NCBI RefSeq assembly: GCF_006345805.1
Contig: NC_042997.1
Location: 32,178,001-32,242,000 of the forward strand
Direction: 5' to 3'
Length of the DNA stretch: 64,000 bases
DNA from: Octopus sinensis
Taxonomy: Eukaryota
Shown here: piece by piece, positions 38,707-51,797 of the stretch
Numbering within the stretch: position 1 is the first letter of the stretch
How the letters are laid out: the number at the start of each line of letters is the position of its first letter
Notes under the pieces: model-generated
What the model saw: only the letters and a program-made list of their open reading frames with translations
What the model was told of the DNA's origin: nothing
The model's database searches: none
Position numbers and translations under genes: made by a program

Positions 38707-38975
38707 TATGTTGTACAAGCAAGTTCTGTAATGGAGTAAGATTCAGAAAGGTATTAACTGATAAAAAGAAGAGATCTGTGTGAAGTGCCCTTGTTGGGTG
38801 AAAGGAAACTGTGAGTTTATGGCATCAGACCAAAGAAGTTAAAATCCTTAACTACTAGTTTGTGTGTGTGTGTGTGTGTGTGTGAGGTAGTCATGTCTCT
38901 GGAAAAGTTAGTTCTCTCTTCAAGTGAGGACAAAGGTCAAGACATCTTTAATTCATCCTCATGCACTTCAAGTTT

Positions 38976-39183
38976 AGCACGCTGGGCGAAATGCTTAGCC
39001 GTATTTCGTCTGCCGCTACGTTCTGAGTTCAAATTCCGCCGAGGTCGACTTTGCCTTTCATCCTTTCGGGGTCGATAAATTAAGTACCAGTTACTCACTG
39101 GGGTAGATGTAATCGACTTTATCCCTTTGTCTGTCCTTGTTTGTCCCCTCTATGTTTAGCCCCTTGTGGGCAATAAAGAAATA
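38976..39183 (+). mobile_element. SINE family B, slightly 5'-truncated
   Basis: Near-consensus B. Confidence 0.88.
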
Positions 39184-40477
39184 TCTTTATCCCTGCCCCC
39201 ATTGACCCTTATCGACAACTGAGGGAGAGAGAGAGAAATGGAAGGGAGGGAGGAAAACTAACTACTGTTCTTCCTTCTTAATGCTGGTGACCTGTCCCTT
39301 AATTCTACTTGTTCCTATTTTCTTTCTGTCCCTTTTTTAAATGCATATATACACGCATCCAAACACATGCACACATTTATTACAAGCAGTCATTATAATG
39401 CATGTCTGAACTAAAACATTCCAGCTGTGACCCTCCCATCTTTCTTCTGACATGTTTTTTTCCCTGTTGAATGACAACATGGTGGCTCCCTTGGTTTAAT
39501 TTCTCCAACAAGTAGAATTAACAAATGAGCAAAAGGAAACTTTTATGCAAGCCGCTGATAAAAAATAAATGTCAGTGATTCATCATCATAACTGACAATT
39601 GCAACTGGGAAACAACAGGATTGGTGCGATACAGTGTAAGAATGAAATTTGCAATTAACACTAAATGCTGCCTGTTTTAGCTTGGGAGAAGGCTATAGAA
39701 AGTTATATAATATTGAAGACATTTAGACATTCCTAAATTACAACCTGTTGCCAGTCAATGGCATATTCTGCGACATAACAAGACTCTAACCAGGCAGCAA
39801 ATGATATGATAGTGATTGTTGTTTAGCCCATGTCTATAGTTTTTGAGCAGACCTATGATCAATTGCATTCTAGCCATGACCATCCAGTTTCCTTTTTCTT
39901 TCTTTTATTTTTTCTGTTTTGTTTTGTTTTTCTGTTTTCTCTTTTTTCTTTCTTTTTTCTCTTTTTCCTTTCTTTTTTCTCTTTTCTCTTTTTTTCCCCT
40001 CTTTCTTTCTTTGTTTAATTTTGTTTTTGTTAAGATGCATTTGGTCAAAATAGCCAAATCTTATTTTAATTAAACTCTGCCACTGTAAAAAAAAAAAAAA
40101 AGATTTGGCTTCTTTTTCTAGCAGACTGAATGACCAGAAAGAGGATCCCTTGTTGACTCAGTGACATGCTGATATAAAAATATAGTAGATATATAAGACA
40201 TGGGCGACAGAGCAGGCAGGAGTGATATCAGCAAAGTAGGTTGTTAGTAGTTTGTTTCTTAGCCAAGAGATAAGTATGTTGAATGTTTACAAACTTCGTT
40301 GTGGTGAGAATTGAATGGCATTAGATATCTCAAACTCTTAAGTCAATATTTTCATGAAAGTCAAGAATGCTATTGCGGGGGGGGGGGGGGGTGAACGACA
40401 CCAAAGTGCTCTTGTTCTTATTGACAATAAAAAGAAAGCAGTATACAAGAAGTTGTTGAATGTAAATTGAGAGTTGT

Positions 40478-40690
40478 CATCACCATCACCATTGTTTAAC
40501 ATCCACTTTCCATGCTGGCATGGGTTGGACAGTTTGACTTGGAGATGGCGAGCAGAGAGCTGTCCTGACTCCAACTGTCTGTTGTGGCATGATTTCTATG
40601 ATTCGATGCCCTTCCTAAAACCAACCACTTACCAGAGTGTGCTGGGTGCCTTTTATGTGCCACCAGCATGGGTGCATTTAAGTAGCACCA
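40478..40690 (-). mobile_element. Old D-family insert
   Basis: TTTCCATGCTGGCATGGGTTGGAC...TTTTATGTGCCACC. Confidence 0.75.
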
Positions 40691-40734
40691 GTGAAAGCCT
40701 CCCAAAATGGAGCCACAAAGACAGAGAGGCTAAT

Positions 40735-41067
40735 TTGATTCTTTGATACAAACCATCCTGAAACCACTCCCTAGTTCTAAATGATACAGATTAAAATCTT
40801 CCACTAAGATTTCAGGCTAATTTATGTTTCAAACACCAACTTGACCCTTTAATATTCAGATTATTCTTGAATAATCTGAATATTATTGAGATTTCGATTA
40901 TGAGACTGTATATTTTTAAACTAACATTGTAGGGTAGCTGTGAGAGGCTGGATCTGGCCAGTTTGAATATAAAACAGGAAAAATAGTTTGGTTGGAACTC
41001 TTAAATGCTAAAGGATTAATTGTAACAAAGGCTGTGTATTTCAACAGAATTATGGTGACAAAAGGGT
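40735..41067. mobile_element. MITE2 with nested MITE1 (40845-41015)
   Basis: MITE2 halves flank a shortened MITE1; ends AAAAGGG|TTAA. Confidence 0.65.
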
Positions 41068-41224
41068 TAACTTTTGGATTATGAAATCTACTGATAGTTC
41101 TTCACCTTGTAAGATATATTCTATGAGATACAAATAGAAAAATTTGTGTTCATGACACCTTTCATTTTAGCATAAAAGCATCAGATTAATCTATTGGCCC
41201 GGTTATCTTATAAAAGTTAAGCAT

Positions 41225-41470
41225 CATGGCTAGCAAATAAAGGAGATAAGAGCAGAGGAAATGGGGAATTTATCGGGGATATAGTTGTTGGAATGTTGAT
41301 GTACATTCCCTCCCAAGTGCATATTTAATCAAGTAGTTCAAAAAATATACTTAATGACTGATAAAGTAGTACTACTGTGTACTTCTTTCTATAAGGGCAG
41401 AGGTGGGTGAACTGGATAGGGGCAATTATAGATGTTTGAAGCTGAGTGATGAAGTTATGAAAGTAAAGTT
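41225..41470 (+). mobile_element. Heavily decayed RTE RT fragment
   Basis: Frameshifted YKG...LDRGNYRCLKLSDEVMKV resembles the RTE YKGKGD.LD..NYRGIKL....MKV motif. Confidence 0.55.
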
Positions 41471-41991
41471 TGAAATATTGAAATAAATTAAATGCAAAGT
41501 GGGTCTAGTTTACATAAGTATGAATTTGTTGGGGTAAAAAAAAGATTATATTTTTATTTTGATGACTGTGGGAGAAGTTTTTAATTAAGAGCAAATCACT
41601 CCAAGTTGCATTTCTTACCACTGAAAGGACCCTAGACAGAGTACTACACTTCGTAAGCTTGTAGATAAATGTTTCTTGAGACTTGTGCTTGATGAATCTG
41701 GATGCTACAACCAAAGGCAAGATTAACAATGACTACAAAGGAGAAATTAGTGAACAAATTGATGTTTGCTGATGCATTACTCTCAATTCTTTTCTGTTCA
41801 TTACAGTTATTGAGGAGGTAAATAACGCAGGACTTTAGGATTGAGAGTCTTTGGGAACTCTTATATATTGATGGTCTGAGTTCTCAATACAGGATATTAA
41901 AGAACTGCAAGAAAAAAAAAAAAACGTTCTAGAGATGATAGAATGGTCTTGGCTCCCAATACATAAATGTTCACGTGGCAAAAGCTAAGTT

Positions 41992-42330
41992 ACTAAAGAC
42001 CCTCTTTGGTCATGAATGACCATGGGGTTGCACCTAGAAAGTTACCCTTTCAGGTACAAATCCAGGCAAAGTTGTCTATGGAAGACCAGCAGTCACCGAT
42101 GCATACCAGCCTCCCCTCTCCATGCCATCGATGTTATCTAAGGGAAAGGCAAAGGCTGATATAATTTGGCACAAATGATGTCACAACTCATTTCTACAGC
42201 TAAGTGAACTTGGTGCAATACGAAATAAAGTGTCTTGCTCAAGAACACAACACAGCCTGGTCCAGGAATTGAACTCACTACCTCATGATTGTGAGCCCAA
42301 CACTCTAACCACTGAGCTATGCACCTTCAC
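41992..42330 (-). mobile_element. SINE family E
   Basis: Reverse match to 636-935. Confidence 0.82.
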
Positions 42331-42802
42331 ATCACGGGTTTCTTACATATTAGATGTTACACTATATGTAACTATATGAAATTCATGAAACTGTTCATAT
42401 AGTTTGCAATGAAGTGGTTGCAGTGCAATAATAGTAACCAGAATTAAAGCAATGAAGAAGTTCAGGGAATTATTCCTTCTGATGGCAACTACAGATTTCT
42501 TGTTTTGTGTCAGTATGTGTTAAGCTTCATGATGGTGAAATGCAGGCACTGAACATGTAAGATCTCTGATGGACACACGAGAGAAAATAAGTTGAACTTG
42601 TGCCCATCAAGGGCTATTAATATCTTTATTTGTAAGATTTGGGGTTAATAGTGCAAGGTGCCACTTTACAGCATGTGCAACTTCTGTTCAGCTGAGTATA
42701 CTAGAGCAATACAAAACAAAGTGTTTTGCCAAAGATCACAACACATTAACAAGTTCAGTAATTAAACTCACAGCCATTCATTTCACAAGTCCTACAGCTT
42801 AA

Positions 42803-43908
42803 CCCTTCAGCATTCACGTTACTTTGTCAAATGCAATACTTATTTATTCACATTGTTTTGAATTAATCATGTATTGTTTCATAGATTCGAGAGTTCAATG
42901 ATATGATTGTATATTTCTAGAATGACATTGTATGATAGATATGAGAGGCTGGATCTGGCCAGTTTGAATATAAAACAAGTATTGAGTCATCCCATAAATA
43001 TAGTAGTTTTTTTTATAAGTCTTTTATTTTTTAAAATTAAGATAAACAAAGTTCTTTTTAATCTAAAACTTGCTCTCCTTCATTTTCTACAATGCTCTTC
43101 CAAAATTCACTTGTCCATGACGAAAAATACTCCTCCAGTACTGTTCTGACCTCATCTACAGAATTCATATTTTTCCATCCAAATGATTTTGAAAACTGGA
43201 ATAAATGATAACCAGATGCGTCAATGTCCAGTGAATATGGTGAGTGGGGCATCATTTCCCATTCAAACTGCTCTAGCCTTTGGAATGTCATCCTCACTGT
43301 ATGTGGCCAAACATTATCCTGTTAGAACACCTTTCATCTTGAAACCAAAGATGGTCATTTTACTTCTAGCACTGACTTGAATGACTGATTGAATGACCAA
43401 ATTTAAGCTTCTCTGCTAGTTCCTCAACAGTTACATTGGAGTTTTGTTCCATCAGGGCTTGCAGAATGTCCTTGTCAAGCTGTACAGATCTTCCAGGACG
43501 AGGCTTGTCTTTTAGGCTGTAGTTTCCAGCTTGGAATTTCTGGAACCACTGTTGACCCTGGCTTACACTTATTGTCCAATCCCCATATACTGCATTAATA
43601 TTCCTCGCACTTCCCATTGCATTGTTGCCTTAATTGAATTCATGAAGCAAAATATGCCGAATCTGCTCCTTTGTCACTTCCATTACAGCTTGGAAAAATA
43701 ACTGTTAAAATTGAACTGCACTCTTCAAAACTTGCACTAAGAATAAGGATAAGGTAAAATTACTACCTGCTTTTATAGCAAGTTGATGCAGGTAGTTTAT
43801 CCCGTCCCCCTCTGACTTTTAGTTTATGCAATTGAAAAGACCACATTATTTATGGAATGACCCAATAGAATATTTTGGCTGGATATGGCCAGTTTAAGCA
43901 CTAAAGGG
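42803..43908. mobile_element. MITE1 host, split by a mariner
   Basis: TTAA at 42799-42802 and 43909-43912; halves rejoin to the MITE1 consensus. Confidence 0.85.
42982..43865 (-). mobile_element. Mariner (Tc1/mariner) transposon remnant, internally deleted
   Basis: 19-bp TIRs (17/19) and TA TSDs; peptides WFQKFQAGNYSLKDKPRPGRS (HTH region) and WEMMPHSPYSLDIDASGYHLF (YSPDLAPSD motif). Confidence 0.92.
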
Positions 43909-43968
43909 TTAATCACATAAAATTGCCTGAAAGATTGAGTACACACTCAAAGAGTTGTTGGGCATTAA

Positions 43969-44191
43969 CCTTTTTATGACTATATTTCTGTTGAAACACA
44001 TTGCCTTTGGTTCAATTAATTTTGAAAGTAATAAAGAAAATTTATGTAATAAATTTGTCCTTATTAAGCTGGTGTTTGGAACAAAAATGTACATGAAATT
44101 TCGAAAGAAGATTTTTAATTAAACCATTTTGAAACAAGAAGTTTGCATCATAGAACCATGGACAGTGTCTAGCAAGTTGAAACCAAAAGGG
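43969..44191. mobile_element. MITE2, diverged
   Basis: TTAA|CCTTTT...AAAAGGG|TTAA. Confidence 0.75.
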
Positions 44192-44945
44192 TTAAGAGTA
44201 TCAGCTTATGTTTGCAAGAGAAACCAACTCTGTGCTGATATATATATATGATATTAATTGGAAATATCTGAAAGTTGAAAAATATTCCATATTCTAACAT
44301 ATTCGATACCTGAATCATGAAGCCTGGGGGAAATATGGTAAGAAATGGGATTGTTTAAGGGTAAGCCCTTCAAATAAGGTGATGATGGCTGAGAAAAGTG
44401 ATGATACAACATGAAAAAAAAGACGTACATTTCAAATTATTTTACACACATGTATGTGTGTGTTTGTATATGTATGTATATGTGCATATATACACTCATT
44501 GTAGAATAATAATGAAACACTATTCAACATGGTAAGCAAAGAGCTTTGTGTGTGATTGCAACTTCAAAACCTATTTTATGGATGCCTCAGTTTGCACATA
44601 TAGCAAAAGCATAACAGTCACATCACTTGCTGAACATAGTATAGGGCTGCTATTAAACTAGCTATATTGTATAGTTGGATGCGCAGACTTGACAAATTTT
44701 AGCGAAGTGAAAATTACATAGAACACCCTAAAATTGCATGACTACCAAACTGTTCAATGTATGAAAACATGTATAATATCTCTAACATATTAATATCCAG
44801 GAAGAGTGTTTAGTCTATCAGCAAAATAATATTGGAATTAAAACCCCAAATAGTTTTAGCAAAGTATAGAACAGCCAATTTTGTGACCAGTTTCATTACT
44901 GCTTCTTGAATACATGTTACTGTAGCTACTTGCATGTTTTACTTT

Positions 44946-44979
<34 letters not shown>

Positions 44980-45859
44980 TCATCATCGTTTAACGTCCAC
45001 TTTCCATGCTAGCATGGGTTTTATATATATATATATATATGTATGCATTTTAGTTTTTAATATTTTTTTTTTTTGTTCTTTAAAATATCTATGGTACTTA
45101 TTTCTGTTTACTGCCTGCAATAAGGAATTTTTTTTTTCCTTCAGTGTCTGTGTGTTGGTTGGGGGGTTTTCTTTTCTTAAGATAGAAATACTCAATGTTT
45201 ATTGAAGCTAAAACTGATTCCACGTAAAAAGATCTGTTTAGCTATTCTGGAATGTTTCTTTCAAGAAACCATGGGTTTGTAAGATATCTATCCTAGTTGG
45301 TAAACAATGTCTGCTATTTCATTACCCTTCCATTACGTCTTAAACTATATCCTTGCCAATCTCCAAGTTATATATTTTCATCATTTTTTTTTATGACTAT
45401 TTCAATTTTCTAGATGCTATACTGTTTTCCCTTTTATTTATATACTTTTAGTTCCAGTTATTATTTTGTAAATGTTTTTCATTTGTTTTACTAATTTCCT
45501 ATAACTACTTCATTCCATTAATAAAAATCGAACTTGTTGACATTATGCAGATTTCAAAATCTTTTTATGGAATAAGATTTTGTTTAGTTTTATCTGCTAC
45601 CAGTGAAGGACTTGAATAAAGTCTGTACATCAAACTAATGAAACACTCGTTAGTTTATATAATGTTTTCAGCACCTTTTGGTACTTATTCTTAATTTGTT
45701 GACTGGGCCAATGAGAACTGTCATGGCTATGAATATAGTATGTCTCTAGTGCTAAGTTTACATAGTATTGGCTATGACTTTTTTGTTGCCTTTTATAACA
45801 CTAGCATCTTGACTTGCTGGAACTCTCTGCACCACCACCCCACTCTCATGTATAATCAT

Positions 45860-46035
45860 CAACATCATTTAATGTCTGTTTTCCATGCTGACATGGGTTG
45901 GACTGTTCAACAGGATCAGGGGAGTCAGAAGATTGCACCAAGCCCTGTTATCTGCTTTGCTGCAGTTTCTATGCCTGGAAGCCCTTCCTGAAACTAACCA
46001 TTTTACAAAGTGTACTGAGTGCTTTCTACATGGTC
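45860..46035 (-). mobile_element. Old D-family insert
   Basis: CATCATTTAATGTCTGTTTTCCATGCTGACATGGGTTGGAC. Confidence 0.7.
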
Positions 46036-46252
46036 CCAGCAACAGTTAGGTTACTGGGGTGGAAGTTGGGGTATAATATAGGTGAATAGTTTAAAACTTA
46101 GGGTATCATCCCACTACATTGTAGCTTGGGCAAATGTAATTTTCTAGTCTCAAGTCAACCCATACCTTGTGAGTGAAACTGGGTTGGATCATCAAGTTAG
46201 TTGTACCTGCAATTCAAAAGCTAGAGCATTGTTACACACTGTATCGTTTTGG

Positions 46253-46476
46253 TTGAGCTGGCAGAAACGTTAGCACGCCGGGCGAAATGCCTTGCGTTAT
46301 TTCGTCTGCCACTACGTTCTGAGTTCAAATTCCACCGAGGTCAACTTTGCCTTTCATCCTTTCGGGGTTGATTAAATAAGTACCAGTGACGCACTGGGGT
46401 CAATATAATCAACTTAATCCGTTTGTCTGTCCTTGTTTGTCCTCTCTGTGTTTAGCCGCTTGTGGGTAGTAAAATA
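46253..46476 (+). mobile_element. SINE family B
   Basis: Near-consensus B. Confidence 0.88.
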
Positions 46477-46599
46477 GGTTTTACCTGAGAATGGCATTAA
46501 GGGTACACATGTCTGTGGAATGCTCATCCACTTGTTAATTCAGGAACAGTGAATTTAGATGCCTGAGAAACTGAAATCTCATTGTTTAATGATGGAGAT

Positions 46600-46860
46600 C
46601 CACCATGTGTGTGTGTGTGTGTGCGTATGTGCTTCCTTGTCTTAACAACACATGATAGTTGTAAACTAGTGTTATTGTCATACAAGCAATATCATTAATT
46701 TCCAATTTTCCATGTAGAATATGTCTGGTCATGGGGAAATACTACCTTGTGTAGAAACAAGTGAGAGTTGGCAATAGAAAGGGCATCTGTCCGCAGCAAA
46801 TTTTGTCTGACCCATACAAGCAAGGAGATGTGAATGCTAAAATGGTAATGATGATGGTGT
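46600..46860 (+). mobile_element. SINE family F, 3' half
   Basis: ATGTCTGGTCATGGGGAAATA...GACCCATACAAGC...GATGATG. Confidence 0.7.
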
Positions 46861-47799
46861 GAGTATGTGTGTGCATGTGTGCGGTACCCACATAGCACTT
46901 GTTGGACTTGGTTATGAAAAATTAAGTTCCTTGGCTGCAGACATCACAGAGTAATAAACTACCAACCTCTTGCCTGGTTCTTTGTTGTCTTATTGATCAA
47001 CCAGTTGTGCTTTGTTCAACCAAGAAATCAAAACTCTAGGACTTTAATATATCATAATTGTTATTCCCTAATGAAATGTTTTCTTCTTTTCGTCAGCCAT
47101 GTTACTATCTATTGTAGCATTGATGACAGAAGTAAAAATTTCAAAGAACAAGCATAGTTACAAAACATAACGTTATCGATACATTAGTGAGGTTACTAAA
47201 CCCTCTACAGCAAGGCAACCAAACTCTTTTACTGAAGAATTACATTTGCTAACTTTGTCAGCTTCATTACAGTGATAGAATTCTCTCAGATGCCTTTATT
47301 TCGAAAACCTTTTGATAGTATCCAGTTAGAAATTTACTTCTTTCTTTGACAACTAATTATGGTCACACTACATGTAAGAAGTACAAAGTATCTACTTCAT
47401 TCTGTTAATGAATGGATAATTATGGAGTTGGTGTGAGTGTGCAATATACTAGTAAGAAATATGTGAAAGTCATGCAATTTGTCTCATTTCTAGAAGGCAT
47501 ATTCCTAGAAACATGTTCATAAGTTTGTGACGTATATTTTGTTGATTTTTCTTTGCATATTGTGTGTTCATGTGCATGCAAGCTTGTATGAGTGTATTTA
47601 TGTGAATGTAACTGTGTATCAGGGTATGTGCATGCATGTGTAAGTATACTTACATGTAAGAGCATGTGTGTGTGTGTGTGTATGTGGGGTGGCAGTTATT
47701 GTACTAAGTGCATGTTTAACTACATGCATATCCTTTTCTTCAAACTGAACTATATATAATTTCTATGTCCGTGTGTAGCCATGTTTGAAGATAATATAT

Positions 47800-48196
47800 A
47801 GGAGTGGCTGTGTGGTAAGTAGCTTGCTAACCAACCACATGGTTCCGGGTTCAGTCCCACTGCGTGGCATCTTGGGCAAGTATCTTCTGCTATAGCCCCG
47901 GACTGACCAATGCCTTGTGAGTGGATTTGGTAGATGGAAACTGAAAGAAGCCTGTCGTATATATGTATATATATATATATGTATGTGTGTGTGTTTGTGT
48001 GTCTGTGTTTGTCCCCCTAGCATTGCTTGACAACCGATGCTGGTGTGTTTACGTCCCCGTCACTTAGCGGTTCGGCAAAAGAGACCGATAGAATAAGTAC
48101 TGGGCTTACAAAGAATAAGTCCTGGGGTCGATTTGCTCGATTAAAGGCGGTGCTCCAGCATGGCCGCAGTCAAATGACTGAAACAAGTAAAAGAGA
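47800..48196 (+). mobile_element. Young full-length SINE family C
   Basis: GGAGTGGCTGTGTGGTAAG head, GGTTCAGTCC B box, central microsatellite, AAACAAGTAAAAGAG tail. Confidence 0.93.
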
Positions 48197-49129
48197 GTAT
48201 ATATAGATTCATACTTGAAAATATATACAAGTGCTGAAATTTGCTGGGCTATTAGATTTGTCTTTTTTGTTTTTTTTTGCACAATGTTATTCAGTTCAAT
48301 CTCCAGTTATGGTTAGATGTCTGTTAGTGAATATGTACATTGTCCTTGTCAGGAACCTTTAATTCTAAATGAAGATTATTCATATCCTAGTACACTATCA
48401 TCATTGCATGTACAATTTTTACATTTTTCAGCACATTAAAATTTTTGCTATGACATCCATATTGAATAGAAATCAATGTTCAATTTAGTGATTAGTTTAC
48501 CCTAAGTACTAAATGTATGCTACACTTTTCATTTTTGTTCTTTTTTTTTAAAATTTCCACAATATTTTTTTTTATATCTGTTACAGAAAATTCATCATGA
48601 CCATTTTAATGTCCATTTTTCTATACTCTCATATTCTTCCCTTTCTTACATCATATATGAAAAATACATGGTTTATAGAGCTTTTCCAGTCTTCTTCTAT
48701 TCTCACTCTTTTACAAGACCTACAAATGTATAGACATTATAGATGCAGTTCTTCAAAGTGGATACATGTCTTACATGATGAACTTGTTGTCTAAGTTCTG
48801 CTAGATCACGTGAACTTAGCACATAGTTCCATTCAGTTCACCAATGACATGCTTATACAAAAAAAAATTACACAGTTTTTAAAACATCCATGTCAAGCCA
48901 TCATAGCCAGCTGACTATTAAACTATTATGGATAGTGAGACAGCCCATACTGTGTCAAAATAAATTAGGAAATACCTACAATACTAAGTTAAACAGATTT
49001 TGACCAATGGCTCAACATATAAAGAAAATTTTTATATATAAAGCATACATTTTTGAGGAACAGTTATTCAGCCCATCATATAAACTTGTATCCACTCTCA
49101 AGCTTAAAATAGAAATTACACCAAAATCC

Positions 49130-49500
49130 ACAGTGACACAACCATTCTTGAAGAGTCTGAGTGGAGAGAAGGAGGGAGAGAGAAAGAATTTGCAGAACAT
49201 ATAAGGACAGTAAGTAATGTCTCACTCGACAAATACTTCACTTGAGCAACCTATCTAAGAATGGTATGAACTTAACAACTTCATCTATTCATTTGTGGAA
49301 AGTCTTACTATGGAATGAGGGTAGAATGTATACCAAAAGCTCCTATAATAGGATAAATATTAAAATGAAGAATGCCAGAAGACCTGTTGTGTTAAAGGAA
49401 GTCGCATATCGTTATGGAATGAAATTCCTGTTATGGATAAAAAATAACACTGTAGAAATTAAAAATCAAAGAAGCAGTATATATGAAATACTTACTGATA
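49130..49500 (+). mobile_element. Decayed Penelope-like element, GIY-YIG endonuclease region
   Basis: Ordered frameshifted motifs VTQPFLKSLS, ICGKSYYGMR, LWNEIPVMDK, KIKEAVYM. Confidence 0.55.
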
Positions 49501-50210
49501 AACCAATCCATAATCTTAGCAATATGGCTAGGATGGGGTGTGAAGAATATGTCAGAGGAACATTCATTCTACTTATTAAATACATATAATATAAAAATAA
49601 GTCTTTTTGTGAAGTATTTTGAAAGTGAAAGTAACTATAAATAATAGCTTGTACATTGGGTTAAAAACAAACCCATGGACTGTAAAAGGTGAATAACTAC
49701 CCCTGTGACTTGAAGCACACATCTACTATGTCCTGGGCAGTAATGATATCATTACACCAAAGCAATTCTCTGCCTTTCATCTGCCCAAATTAGTTGCTTT
49801 AATCTTACATGTGAGAAAGGAAGTTTGTTTATATTTAGAACACAATTCAGAAGCATCAATGAATATGAAAATAAGTCTCTTTTTATTAAATATCTCAGAT
49901 GCAAGTATAGCTATAAATAATAGTTCATAATTCAATGGGTAAAAATCCCCCGAATGGGAAAAACAGGTAGACCGCTCTCCCCTAAAACTTGAACCTATCT
50001 TGAATGCAAATGTAGTTATAAATAGTACATTGGATAAGAGAGAAAAAAATCATTGAGCAGGAAAAGGTGAACAGGTCCATGGGACTTGAATCTATCTTGC
50101 TATCTCGAATGAAAATGTAGCTGTAAATAATAACTCATAAAACATTGAACTGGGAAAGCAGACTCTCTAATGTAGAGTCTCACTAAAACTGGCCTTGCCT
50201 AGGCTTAGTA

Positions 50211-50523
50211 ATCATCATCATCATCATCATCATTTAGCGTCCGTTTTCCATGCTAGCATGGGTTGGACGGTTCAACTGGGGTCTGGGGAGCCCGAAGGCT
50301 GCACCAGGCCAGTCAGATCTGGCAGTGTTTCTACAGCTGGATGCCCTTCCTAACGCCAACCACTCCGAGAGTGTAGTGGGTGATTTTATGTGCCACCGAC
50401 ACAGGTGCCAGACGAGGCTGGCGAACGGCCACGCTCGGATGGTGTTTTTATGTGCCACCGACACAGGTGCCAGACGAGGCTGGCAGACGGCCACGCTCGG
50501 ATGGTGTTTTTATGTGCCACCGA
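50211..50523 (-). mobile_element. Young D-family insert, third near-identical copy
   Basis: One visible substitution versus the 4375 copy over ~290 bp. Confidence 0.92.
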
Positions 50524-51656
50524 AAATATCTCAAATATTTTAGTTGAAAGGCTGATAAACTTCAATTCATCCAGGAATGTTGATTCAAGTCTTCCATACA
50601 TTGGTTCAAATTGAGCTTCATGAAAAAAAAAAAAAACCAAAATAGCAAACAAAAAATAAAATGCAAATATAGAGTCTCATATAAGATTTCATGTTATTTT
50701 TTGTAATGACTCTAAATTAATTATTTTCTAATCAGAAACTTTTCTCGGTGTCTATTTTAGTGCTTTGTGGTATACAGTATGCTTAGTTTTTCTGTCAGGA
50801 ATTATAAAGAACAAATTTCAGAAAAAAAGCACAGCCTATTACCTTCTCTTTGAAGAAATGTGTCCCCCGTGCAAAATTTCAGCAACTAAGGTGGAAAACT
50901 ATGGTCTACAATTGGAAATATGTATTCACTTTTATTTATTAAGATACTGAGTTACAAAAGAAATTTGGTTAACTAATCTTATTCTTGCAAATTATGATTA
51001 GAAGAACTCCTGAGAGTGTTTAAAACCAAAAAGCACATATGAGAGATAACTCCAATGTTATTAACTGATCATAAATTTTTTTTTTTTTTTGAGAAAGCAA
51101 GTTCCTTACCTAACTGTATTTTGTCGTTATTTCCCCAAAAGTTTGGATAAGTTGATATCATTGGAGTTATCTCACTTGTTTGTTTTTAGCTTACAAATGT
51201 TGCTCTGATACCTAATTTCAAGGATAATCTCAATTTATTGAAGATTTTCTGCTCACTGTATTACATATGTGGGACTATGCAGTAATCTCAATACAGATTT
51301 CAGCTCAGTACAGATTCAATGACTAAAAAAAAAAAGAACTTAAATCCTCTGAAAATTCACTAACCTTATATGTTCCATTGGTATAGTGTTTGTTTTTTAT
51401 GTTCATTTTTCCATGTAAGCGTAGAGTAGATGAATATATCATTGAGGCATAGTTTTATAGCCAGTTGTTCTTCCTGTTGCTGACCCTAAACTTGTTTTCA
51501 AGTAAGGGATTTCTTATTTCATGCACTTTCAAAGGTGCAAAGTGAGTGAATAATTTGTTTCTGTGGGCAATGACAGAAATGACAACACCACTGTTTTTAA
51601 CTGAATAATTTTTAGAGAATTAGAAATGTAGACAAACACAGGCTCACATACACACA

Positions 51657-51797
51657 CATCATCGTTTAACGTCCGCTTTCCATGCTAGCATGGGTTGGAC
51701 GGTTCAACTGGGGTCTGGGAAGCCAGAAGGCTGCACCAGGCCCAGTCTGATCTGGCAGTGTTTCTACAGCTGGATGCCCTTCCTAACGCCAACCACA
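51657..51797 (-). mobile_element. D-family insert adjoining a decayed C/F-type head (~51800-51950)
   Basis: D tail and body followed by a C-type head remnant. Confidence 0.8.

Noticed and set aside
42514-42556. Plus-strand candidate exon VCVKLHDGEMQALN and similar AG/GT-bounded pieces (24033-24067, ~25973-25994, ~29418-29452, ~44507-44533)
   Set aside because: Such pseudo-exons are expected by chance in AT-rich DNA, and they do not assemble into a recognisable protein.
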